Part shown: positions 18,958-26,837 of the stretch, in pieces | Position numbering within the stretch: the first letter of the stretch is position 1 | Layout of the letters: each line of letters opens with the position of its first letter | DNA from: an uncultured Gammaproteobacteria bacterium | Lineage (GTDB): Bacteria; Patescibacteriota; Patescibacteriia; SBBC01; CAIJZX01 | Assembly (NCBI GenBank): GCA_964397195.1 | Contig: CAYNGY010000001.1 | Location: 134,586 to 198,585, forward strand | Length of the DNA stretch: 64,000 bases | Direction: 5' to 3' | Position numbers and translations under genes: made by a program | The notes under the pieces: model-generated | Seen by the model: only the letters and a program-made list of their open reading frames with translations | Told to the model about the DNA's origin: nothing | Databases searched by the model: none

Positions 18958-20212
18958 GGAAGCCGCCGCTGGTTCGGATTTCGAAGTGGAGGTGCGTGCC
19001 CGTCGAACGACCGGTCGAGCCGACCATAGCGATCGTTTGGCCTTTGGTCACGCGTTGACCATTATGAACAAAAATTTTACTGGCATGCCCGTAGAGCGTT
19101 TTGTAGCCGTTGCCATGATCAATAATGACGTGGAGCCCATATCCACTGCGGTTGTATGCGGCATACACAACTGTTCCGCTGGCGGCCGCGTAGATTGGTG
19201 AAGAGTAATCGCCGTCAATGTCGACGCCGGTGTGATATCGGCCGCGGTAGTATTGGTTGATGCGATGGCTGGAAGTCGGCCAAGCGAATTTCCCGCGCCC
19301 GAGCGGACCGCTTGGTGGAACAACGGTTGTGCTTGGTGGTGAGAATATCCCGCCCAGCAACGTTCGACGCGGGGTGACCGTCGGCACGGCGGCCGGCGGT
19401 TCACCGCCGGGAATAATAATTTCTTGCCCGACCTCAATCGCATCGGCGGCCGGTAAATCATTGGCGGTCAGAATTTCCTCGACGTCGCCTTTGTACTTTT
19501 TAGCGATAGCGGCGAGGGTGTCGCCTTTCTTGATGGTGTAGAGATAGCCGCTAAGGGGCGGAATTTTCAGGGACTGACCCGGTTTAATATAATCCGTCTC
19601 CGATAAGCCGTTCGCCCAAAGCACGGTCCGAATCGAAATCCCGAAGCGATCGGCGATGGTCGAAATAGTATCGCCATTCACGACGGTGTACGAGGTCGTT
19701 TCATCGCGGACGAGCGGATCGGACCCGTCGTCGGTATCCCCGATGTGATCTTGTCCGACCGCGGTGCTGGTTGTATTTTCCGTTGGCGTCAGGGCCAGGG
19801 CCGCGGTTGGCAATCCGCCGATGGCGAGCTGTGGAGCGCTCGTTAATTTTTTGGCCGGCGCGGTTTCGACAATCAGATCAGGCGTATCGCTCGACTGAAA
19901 CGAGGTCCAGATCGCGCCTTGGCCAACCTCGTCCGGTCGGATGGTCCGCGCAAATAGGTTGTTCCCGGCCACACTCACGCCCAAAACCACGAGGACGACA
20001 TAGAGCGAGTAACGCTGCATAAAATGGCCGACGTTCTCGATATCGGCGAAGATGGGACTTTTACGGGCGCGTTGCTTGAGCGGAACGTAGAGGCGATAGA
20101 GCGGCAAAATGGCCACCTGAAACAAAAAACGCCCGATCCATGCCGCCGGGCGACCAAGTCCGTATTGAAGTCCAAGACCGAAAAAACGGCCCAGCCCGCT
20201 GATGGCCGCCAA
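18935..20212 (-). CDS. LysM-domain peptidoglycan-binding M23-family metallopeptidase
   Basis: Two LysM repeats (YTVVNGDTISTIADRFGIS...; YTIKKGDTLAAIAKKYKGDV...) and a C-terminal M23 domain (HTGVDI...GYGLHVIIDHGNGYKTLYGHAS...GSTGRSTGTHLHFEI). The alternative start at 20020 gives a signal-anchor. Confidence 0.85.
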   Translation of the reverse strand: MAAISGLGRFFGLGLQYGLGRPAAWIGRFLFQVAILPLYRLYVPLKQRARKSPIFADIENVGHFMQRYSLYVVLVVLGVSVAGNNLFARTIRPDEVGQGAIWTSFQSSDTPDLIVETAPAKKLTSAPQLAIGGLPTAALALTPTENTTSTAVGQDHIGDTDDGSDPLVRDETTSYTVVNGDTISTIADRFGISIRTVLWANGLSETDYIKPGQSLKIPPLSGYLYTIKKGDTLAAIAKKYKGDVEEILTANDLPAADAIEVGQEIIIPGGEPPAAVPTVTPRRTLLGGIFSPPSTTVVPPSGPLGRGKFAWPTSSHRINQYYRGRYHTGVDIDGDYSSPIYAAASGTVVYAAYNRSGYGLHVIIDHGNGYKTLYGHASKIFVHNGQRVTKGQTIAMVGSTGRSTGTHLHFEIRTSGGFLNPLSFY

Positions 20213-20397
20213 GAGAGCGGTCGCACTACGAACAGCGAGCTGTTTAATGGAGAATGGAATAGCGAAGGTTCCGTATCCGATCGACCCGCACTCACGCCGT
20301 ACCCGTCACCGTGTGTGAGCAGAGAAAACGACCAAATTCAGCCAGAAAAGGCGACGAAGAATATACCATGTTGGAGGGATTTGGTCAATTGCGGCGC

Positions 20398-20427
20398 TTG
20401 CCTAAGGGGCGAAAATATTGGTATGCT
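20398..20427 (+). promoter_or_regulatory. Candidate promoter of leuS, giving a short leader without a Shine-Dalgarno sequence
   Basis: ttgcct (20398-20403), 18-nt spacer, tatgct (20422-20427); about 20 nt before the leuS ATG. Confidence 0.35.
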
Positions 20428-20447
20428 CATACTCTTACCGATACGAT

Positions 20448-23279
20448 ATGGCCTCGAATTACGATCATCGCGACATTGAAGCGAAGTGGCAGCAACGCTG
20501 GACGGACGAACGAATTTTTTCTGCTGCTGAAAAACCCGGATCGAAAAAAGCCTACGTGCTCGACATGTTTCCGTATCCCTCAGGTGATGGGCTCCACGTC
20601 GGCCATCCGGAAGGGTATACCGCGACCGATATTTACTCGCGCTTCTTGCGGATGAACAACGTGTCGGTGCTCCACCCGATGGGCTGGGACGCCTTTGGCT
20701 TGCCGGCCGAGAACTACGCGATTAAGATGGGCGTCCACCCGGCTGAGGTGACCAACAAGAATATTGCCAACTTCAAGCGGCAAATCCAAAGTCTCGGATT
20801 TTCGTACGACTGGGATCGCGAGGTCAACACCACCGACCCGGCATACTACAAGTGGACCCAGTGGATTTCTCTTCAACTCTTCAAGCGTGGCCTGGCCTAC
20901 GAAAAAGAGTCGGCGATTTGGTGGTGTCCGAAAGATAAGACCGGATTAGCGAATGAAGAGGTGGTGAACGGGAAGTGCGATCGCTGTGGGACGACCGTGG
21001 AAAAGAAAATGCTGAAGCAGTGGATGTTAAAGATTACGGCCTACGCCGACCGACTGCTTGATGGGTTAGAGAAACTCGATTGGCCGGAGTCGATCAAGGC
21101 TCTCCAACGGAACTGGATTGGGAAGAGCGAGGGGGCGGAAGTCGACTTCATGATCGGTGACCAGAAAGTAACGGTATTCACCACTCGTCCGGACACGCTC
21201 TTCGGCGCGACGTATCTCGTGTTATCACCGGAACATGAACTTGTGCCGCAAATCACGGCGAAGGAGCAGAAAAAAGCTGTCGAGAAATATGTAAAATCGG
21301 TGGCGGCGAAATCTGATCTCGAGCGCACCTCGCTCGAGAAAGAAAAAACCGGTGTCTTCACCGGCGCGTATGCGATGAATCCGGTCAACAATGAAAAGAT
21401 CCCAGTGTGGATCGCGGACTACGTGCTGTCGAGTTATGGCACGGGAGCGATTATGGCCGTCCCGGCGCATGATGAGCGGGACTGGGAATTTGCGAAGAAG
21501 TTTGAACTACCGATTCGTCAGGTGATTGCACCATTCTATAAAAACACCACCGACCTCGCCGTGAAAGCAGGCGCGCCGGTGGTTCGCCGCCCGGTAGCCT
21601 ATGGAATAATCCATCGAAAACAAGACGACCATTACTTGTGTCTCCGCTGGAAAGAGCACGGCTGGGGCTCTTTCGTGACTGGCGGTATTGAAGCTAGCGA
21701 AAAACCAGTTGATGCAGCCAAGCGCGAGATTCTTGAAGAAGCCGGATACACACATGTGAAACACGTGTCCACCATCGATTGGCAGGTGCACACCGAATTT
21801 TTTGCCGCACACAAACAAGAGAACCGATATGGGATAGCGACTGGTGAGATATTCGAGTTGATTGACGATGAGAAAGTACCTATCTCTAGCGAAGAACAGG
21901 ACAAGCATGAGCTAGTATGGGTACCGGCGAACAAAGTGCGCGATTTCGTGACACACGGGAACGCGAAGTACATCTGGGATTGTTATCGAACCCCAAGTGC
22001 GTTCGTTGGCGAAGGGGTAGCCGTGAACTCGGGCGAAGTTAATGGCATGAATAGCGCCGACGCTCAAACTAAGCTTATTGAGAGTCTCTCTCAACAAGGA
22101 AAAGCGTCAGCCAAAACCCAATACAAACTTCGCGACTGGGTCTTTTCCCGTCAGCGCTACTGGGGCGAGCCGATCCCGTTGGTGCATTGTCAGAAATGTG
22201 GTGTCGTCGCCGTACCTGAAAACGAATTACCACTCAAGCTTCCCGACGTCGAAAAATATGAACCAACCGGGACTGGTGAATCGCCACTGGCTGGCATCAC
22301 CGAGTGGGTGAATACGAGCTGTCCGCAGTGCGGCGGTCCGGCGAAGCGCGAAACAAACACCATGCCGCAATGGGCTGGGTCGTGCTGGTACTATCTGCGG
22401 TATCTCGATCCGAAAAATGAAACCGCCCTAGCGAGTGCGGACGCCATGAAAACATGGCTCCCGGTCGATATGTATGTCGGTGGCGCCGAACACGCGGTGC
22501 TTCATCTCCTCTACGCCCGGTTCTGGCACAAGGTCTTGTTCGATGCGGGCGTCATCCCGGCCGAAGTCGGGGACGAGCCGTTCATGAAGTTAAAAAATCA
22601 GGGTTTGATTCTCGGTCCTGACGGCGAGAAGATGTCGAAGTCGCGGGGAAACGTCATTAATCCCGACGAATTAGTTGAGAAGTTCGGCGCTGACACGTTT
22701 CGGATGTATGAAATGTTCATGGGCCCGTTCGAAGACGCGAAACCGTGGGATACGAATGGGATGATTGGGGTGCGCCGATTCTTGGATAAAGTGTGGCGGG
22801 CCGCCGAGCGAGTTGTAGAAATACCGCCGAACGATCGATGGCACCGGTACGCAAAATCAATCACCGAATCAATCCCCCAGTTCCGACTCAACACCTGCGT
22901 CAGCGATTTGATGAAGTGGGTCAATGAATTCGGTCCGGGCGAAGTTTCGAAAGACGAATTTCAGGCGTTCTTAAAACTCCTAGCACCGTTCGCGCCGCAC
23001 ATCGCCGAAGAACTCTGGTCGCGATTAGGACATACCACATTGCTCATCACAGAGTCATGGCCGAGCTTTGATGTGCAAAAAATCACCGACGCCACTGCGA
23101 CGATCGTTATCCAAGTCATGGGGAAACTCCGCGGCACCATTTCCATGCCAGCGGGAACCGATCAAGCCACGGCTATCGCGGCAGCGAAAGCCGAACCGAA
23201 CGTGGCAAAATTTTTAACCAGGGAACCGAAGAAAACTATCTTCGTCAAAGACAAGCTGATAAATTTCGTGGTCTCATGA
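20448..23279 (+). CDS. leuS: Leucyl-tRNA synthetase carrying a Nudix hydrolase domain inserted in the editing (CP1) region
   Basis: HVGH-type signature PYPSGDGLHVGHPEGY. Editing-domain start TTRPDTLFGATYLVLSPEH and GTGAIMAVPAHDERDWEFAKKFELPI. KMSKS as EKMSKSRGN. ATG 20448 is used; TTG 20418 was rejected. A complete Nudix box GGIEASEKPVDAAKREILEEAGY sits about 21.68-21.75 kb, inside an insertion of about 155 aa that E. coli LeuS lacks. Confidence 0.95.
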   Translation: MASNYDHRDIEAKWQQRWTDERIFSAAEKPGSKKAYVLDMFPYPSGDGLHVGHPEGYTATDIYSRFLRMNNVSVLHPMGWDAFGLPAENYAIKMGVHPAEVTNKNIANFKRQIQSLGFSYDWDREVNTTDPAYYKWTQWISLQLFKRGLAYEKESAIWWCPKDKTGLANEEVVNGKCDRCGTTVEKKMLKQWMLKITAYADRLLDGLEKLDWPESIKALQRNWIGKSEGAEVDFMIGDQKVTVFTTRPDTLFGATYLVLSPEHELVPQITAKEQKKAVEKYVKSVAAKSDLERTSLEKEKTGVFTGAYAMNPVNNEKIPVWIADYVLSSYGTGAIMAVPAHDERDWEFAKKFELPIRQVIAPFYKNTTDLAVKAGAPVVRRPVAYGIIHRKQDDHYLCLRWKEHGWGSFVTGGIEASEKPVDAAKREILEEAGYTHVKHVSTIDWQVHTEFFAAHKQENRYGIATGEIFELIDDEKVPISSEEQDKHELVWVPANKVRDFVTHGNAKYIWDCYRTPSAFVGEGVAVNSGEVNGMNSADAQTKLIESLSQQGKASAKTQYKLRDWVFSRQRYWGEPIPLVHCQKCGVVAVPENELPLKLPDVEKYEPTGTGESPLAGITEWVNTSCPQCGGPAKRETNTMPQWAGSCWYYLRYLDPKNETALASADAMKTWLPVDMYVGGAEHAVLHLLYARFWHKVLFDAGVIPAEVGDEPFMKLKNQGLILGPDGEKMSKSRGNVINPDELVEKFGADTFRMYEMFMGPFEDAKPWDTNGMIGVRRFLDKVWRAAERVVEIPPNDRWHRYAKSITESIPQFRLNTCVSDLMKWVNEFGPGEVSKDEFQAFLKLLAPFAPHIAEELWSRLGHTTLLITESWPSFDVQKITDATATIVIQVMGKLRGTISMPAGTDQATAIAAAKAEPNVAKFLTREPKKTIFVKDKLINFVVS

Positions 23280-23836
23280 TTTCACTCCGCCAAGCCGCTC
23301 GAGCCTTACTCGCCGGTGAGATCATCGCTTTTCCGACGGAGTCGTTCTGGGCCCTTGGGGTCTTAGCCACTAAATCCGATGCAATCGATCGGCTCTTTCG
23401 GGCAAAGTACCGTGAAAAAAATAAGCCGATTGCCCTGATTGCCGCTAGCCGCGCCCAAGTCGAAGCGTTTTTTCATCTCTCCGCGACCGAAAAAGTCCTC
23501 GCTGACCGATTCTGGCCGGGATCGCTAACTATTCTTCTTAAGCCGAAAGCAAGCATTGCCGCCAAATCGCTTGGTGCACGGTATATTGGGGTCCGCGTTC
23601 CGGCCCACGCCGCTTCCCGGAAGCTCGCCGCCATCGCTGGCGCACCGATCACGGCCACGAGCGCGAACGAAAGCGGCCAACCAGCAACGAAATCCGGCCG
23701 CGTCGTCGCCCGCGCCTTTCCCGACATTGAGCGGCTCAGCGGTGCCTGCGGTCGTCAGCGCCTCCCATCGACCATTGTCCGTTTCCGCGGGCGGCACATG
23801 ACGCTTATCCGTCAGGGTGCCGTGCCGATGATCTGA
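23276..23836 (+). CDS. tsaC: L-threonylcarbamoyladenylate synthase (YrdC/TsaC/Sua5 family)
   Basis: IIAFPTESFWALGVLA...KNKPIALIAAS...GVRVPAH...ITATSANESGQPA; 4-nt overlap with the leuS stop. Confidence 0.8.
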   Translation: MISLRQAARALLAGEIIAFPTESFWALGVLATKSDAIDRLFRAKYREKNKPIALIAASRAQVEAFFHLSATEKVLADRFWPGSLTILLKPKASIAAKSLGARYIGVRVPAHAASRKLAAIAGAPITATSANESGQPATKSGRVVARAFPDIERLSGACGRQRLPSTIVRFRGRHMTLIRQGAVPMI

Positions 23837-23838
23837 GT

Positions 23839-25002
23839 ATGATGAATCGCCTGACCCACCACTTGCCGCACTATTTCAAGCACCGCCTCGGTCGGCAACT
23901 TGAAGAGCTCTATATTACTGTCGGGATACAGGACTTTGCGCTGGCGATGATGATCCTGTTCGAACCAGTCTACCTGTTTCAACTAGGCTACACCATCTCG
24001 CATATCGCCTGGTACTACGCCATCGTCTACGCCGCCTATATCCTCCTCATTCCGATTGGCGGGAAAGTTGTATCGCGCTACGGTCCGCAACGTGCCATCG
24101 CCGTCAGTACGTTTTTTCTTGTCGCCTATTACATTAGCGTGCTCCTGATTAGCGTCTCGGCGCCGATGTTCTGGGTGGCCCCGCTGTTACTGGCTCTCCA
24201 AAAAAGCTTCTATTGGCCGGGGTACCATACTGACTTCATCGCCACTTCGGATCAGGGCGACCGCGGAAAAGAGTACGCGGCGCTATATTCGGTCACGACC
24301 ATCATGTACATTATCGGTCCGATTATCGGCGGCGTTCTGATCAATGTCCTCGGTTTCGCGGCGCTGTTTATCGTCGGTTCGTTGCTAATCTTCGTCTCCA
24401 ACATCCCGCTCCTGATCGATCGCCCACAGTCCATCGCCTACCGCTATTCATACTGGGACGCATTTCGTCAGCCATTTACCAAACGTCACCGTCGCTCGGT
24501 TCTCGGCTACCTCGGATTTGGCGAAGGTGTGCTGTTAATGTATATTTGGCCGATCTTTTTGTATCAAACATTCAAAACAGTCCTCGACTTGGGTTGGCTC
24601 TCGGCCTTGGCGACACTCCTGACCACGTTGGTGACGCTGGCGGTGGGAAAACTTGTCGACAATGGACGATGGCGAATGGTCTGGCGGGCGGGCGGAGCCT
24701 TGGCGGCCGTCAACTGGGTGACGCGTTTGGCACTGAATGGAATTGGCGCAGTATTTGTGAGCGACACCATTGGAAAAGTTGCCGAAAACATGACCGTCGT
24801 GACATCCACGGATATCACTTATGAACGTGCGATTGCCGAACGCGATCCGTTACGCCGGGCGATGGTCTACGAACAAGGTCTTTCATTTGGAAAAGTTCTC
24901 GCCGCCACCCTCTTAGCTATTGCCGCCATGTTTTTTCCGGCCTTCCCCGCCGCCTTCATTATCGCCGGCATATTCTCACTCCTCTTTTTCATTTTTAAAT
25001 GA
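23839..25002 (+). CDS. MFS-like polytopic membrane transporter
   Basis: 387 aa with about 12 hydrophobic helices and a GGKVVSRYGPQR loop typical of MFS motif A. Confidence 0.7.
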   Translation: MMNRLTHHLPHYFKHRLGRQLEELYITVGIQDFALAMMILFEPVYLFQLGYTISHIAWYYAIVYAAYILLIPIGGKVVSRYGPQRAIAVSTFFLVAYYISVLLISVSAPMFWVAPLLLALQKSFYWPGYHTDFIATSDQGDRGKEYAALYSVTTIMYIIGPIIGGVLINVLGFAALFIVGSLLIFVSNIPLLIDRPQSIAYRYSYWDAFRQPFTKRHRRSVLGYLGFGEGVLLMYIWPIFLYQTFKTVLDLGWLSALATLLTTLVTLAVGKLVDNGRWRMVWRAGGALAAVNWVTRLALNGIGAVFVSDTIGKVAENMTVVTSTDITYERAIAERDPLRRAMVYEQGLSFGKVLAATLLAIAAMFFPAFPAAFIIAGIFSLLFFIFK

Positions 25003-25814
25003 CCATTCCCGGCATTCAGAAACAGATTCGTGATTCCGGGCTGCAACCATCGCGAGCCGCTGGGCAACATTTTTTGCTTGATGAATCAGTGGTCGAGCGG
25101 ATGTGTGATGCCGCGAAGATCACCGCTAAAGATACGGTACTCGAGATTGGCCCCGGTTTCGGGATATTAACGAACGCACTTGTTGCTCGCGGAGCCAAGG
25201 TCATTTCTATTGAGCTCGATCAACGACTAGCCGCGTATATGCGTCGCACGATGAGCGCGGCGACGAACCTGACCGTGGTTGAAGGGGACGTGTTTCGCGT
25301 CCGCCTCGACGAATACGTCAAAGACTTCGGGTATAAACTCGTCGCCAACCTGCCGTATAGTTCAACCTCGCTCATTTTTCGACAGTTCCTGACCCGCGCA
25401 CCCCGTCCGACCGAAATGTGCGTCTTAATCCAAAGAGAAGTAGCTGAGCGGATCACCGCTCCAGCCGGTCAGCACAGTCTATTAAGTCTATCAGTCCAAT
25501 ATTACGGCCAACCGTCGGTCTTGTTTGAGGTTCCGAACACTGACTTCTACCCAGCCCCAGAGGTTACGTCGGCGGTACTTCAAGTCAAAAAAATTGCCGA
25601 TAAATCGCCAGAGTTAGCCAAAAAAATGTTTCGGCTAGCAAAAATGGGGTTCGCCGGGAAACGAAAACAGCTCAAAAAGTCGTTAGCCGCCGGTTTGCAC
25701 GAAGAAATGGCTAATGTTAGCCAAGTAATGCTTGAGTGTGGGATTGCGCCGGAAATTCGTCCACAGGAACTTGAAATTAATAGTTGGCTAACCTTAGCGG
25801 AGAAGCTGGGCTAG
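24999..25814 (+). CDS. rsmA: 16S rRNA (adenine1518/1519-N6)-dimethyltransferase RsmA/KsgA
   Basis: GQHFLLDESVVERM, SAM motif VLEIGPGFGILT, NLPYSSTS. Confidence 0.9.
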   Translation: MTIPGIQKQIRDSGLQPSRAAGQHFLLDESVVERMCDAAKITAKDTVLEIGPGFGILTNALVARGAKVISIELDQRLAAYMRRTMSAATNLTVVEGDVFRVRLDEYVKDFGYKLVANLPYSSTSLIFRQFLTRAPRPTEMCVLIQREVAERITAPAGQHSLLSLSVQYYGQPSVLFEVPNTDFYPAPEVTSAVLQVKKIADKSPELAKKMFRLAKMGFAGKRKQLKKSLAAGLHEEMANVSQVMLECGIAPEIRPQELEINSWLTLAEKLG

Positions 25815-25866
25815 CCGAGCCAGAAACCGATTTACACTGTGGATAAGTTGTTAGCCTGTGGATTTG

Positions 25867-25895
25867 TTGACTTCTTGGGTTTTCTGTGCTATAGT
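25867..25895 (+). promoter_or_regulatory. Strong sigma70-type promoter heading the 25.9-57.9 kb plus-strand gene train
   Basis: ttgact (25867-25872), 17-nt spacer, tatagt (25890-25895). A perfect DnaA-box 9-mer tgtggataa at about 25838-25846 and a hairpin cggcga-ctgaaa-tcgccg in the leader. Confidence 0.6.
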
Positions 25896-25994
25896 AAGGC
25901 CACGTTTTCCCGAAGGAATGACGAAAAATACTGAACAATTCTACGTGTAGAAATCGGCGACTGAAATCGCCGCTTTTGCGTTAAAAACACATCC

Positions 25995-26831
25995 ATGGGT
26001 TGGGCCGGTCGAGTTACAAAAACGAGTGCTGATACGCTCGTCAAAATAGCATCTGGGGAGCAGCCGATTCGAGCGCTCGACGAGTCCAAAACAGCTTTTC
26101 GGATTGTGATTGGCATTTCGGCCATCACCATTCTCACCACCGGTGTATTTATGTGGCGCCTGATCGTCAATTCCGCCAAGCTGCCGGTCGCCAAGAAATC
26201 GAACACGAATGTCTCGTCGACGCTCGTGGCGCTCAAGGAAAAAGATACCGACGCCGACGGGCTCAACGACTACGAAGAGCTCTACGTCTACGGCAGCAGT
26301 CCATATCTCTTTTCATCAGCCAGTGATGGCGTTGCCGATGGTGAAAAAGTAAAGCAGGGTGTTAATCCAAATTGTCAGATCGGAAAATCATGTACAGTTC
26401 CGACGCTGACCGTTGGTACCAACTCCAACGGTGATACGAATAGTTCCGTCAGTGTCAGCTTCCTTCGTCAGGCCCTCGTCGCTTCTGGTGCCTCTGCCTC
26501 GGTAGTCCAAGCGGCTGATGACGCGACCATTCTTGAAATGTACGAGCAAGCAACGCAAAACGGTTCCAGCACAAACACCAACACCGCGGTGACCAACACG
26601 TCTACCACCAACACGAGTACAACGGGGAACACGAATGTGGCCAGCAACGCCAACTCGACGGTCACGAATACCTCGGACACGAGCAGCCTGACATACGCCG
26701 ATCTCGAATCTCTGTCCGGTGCCGAAATTCGTTCGTTACTGACCTCATACGGTATCGACGCTTCAAACCTCACGCAGGTTGATGACGCAACGCTCAAAGC
26801 AATTTTTTCCGAAGCCATTTCCGGCAACTAG
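25995..26831 (+). CDS. Membrane-anchored/secreted protein with a thrombospondin-type-3-like Ca-binding motif and a Thr/Asn/Ser-rich tract
   Basis: N-terminal TM (FRIVIGISAITILTTGVFMW), DTDADGLNDYEE, and low-complexity NTNTAVTNTSTTNTSTTGNTNVASNANSTVTNTS. Confidence 0.7.
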   Translation: MGWAGRVTKTSADTLVKIASGEQPIRALDESKTAFRIVIGISAITILTTGVFMWRLIVNSAKLPVAKKSNTNVSSTLVALKEKDTDADGLNDYEELYVYGSSPYLFSSASDGVADGEKVKQGVNPNCQIGKSCTVPTLTVGTNSNGDTNSSVSVSFLRQALVASGASASVVQAADDATILEMYEQATQNGSSTNTNTAVTNTSTTNTSTTGNTNVASNANSTVTNTSDTSSLTYADLESLSGAEIRSLLTSYGIDASNLTQVDDATLKAIFSEAISGN

Positions 26832-26837
26832 ATTTTC

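Noticed and set aside
26595-26700. Thr/Asn-rich repetitive DNA (acnacn) as a CRISPR or tandem-repeat array
   Set aside because: It is in frame inside the 25995-26831 CDS and encodes a low-complexity NT(S/N) tract. There are no spacers or direct repeats of CRISPR size.
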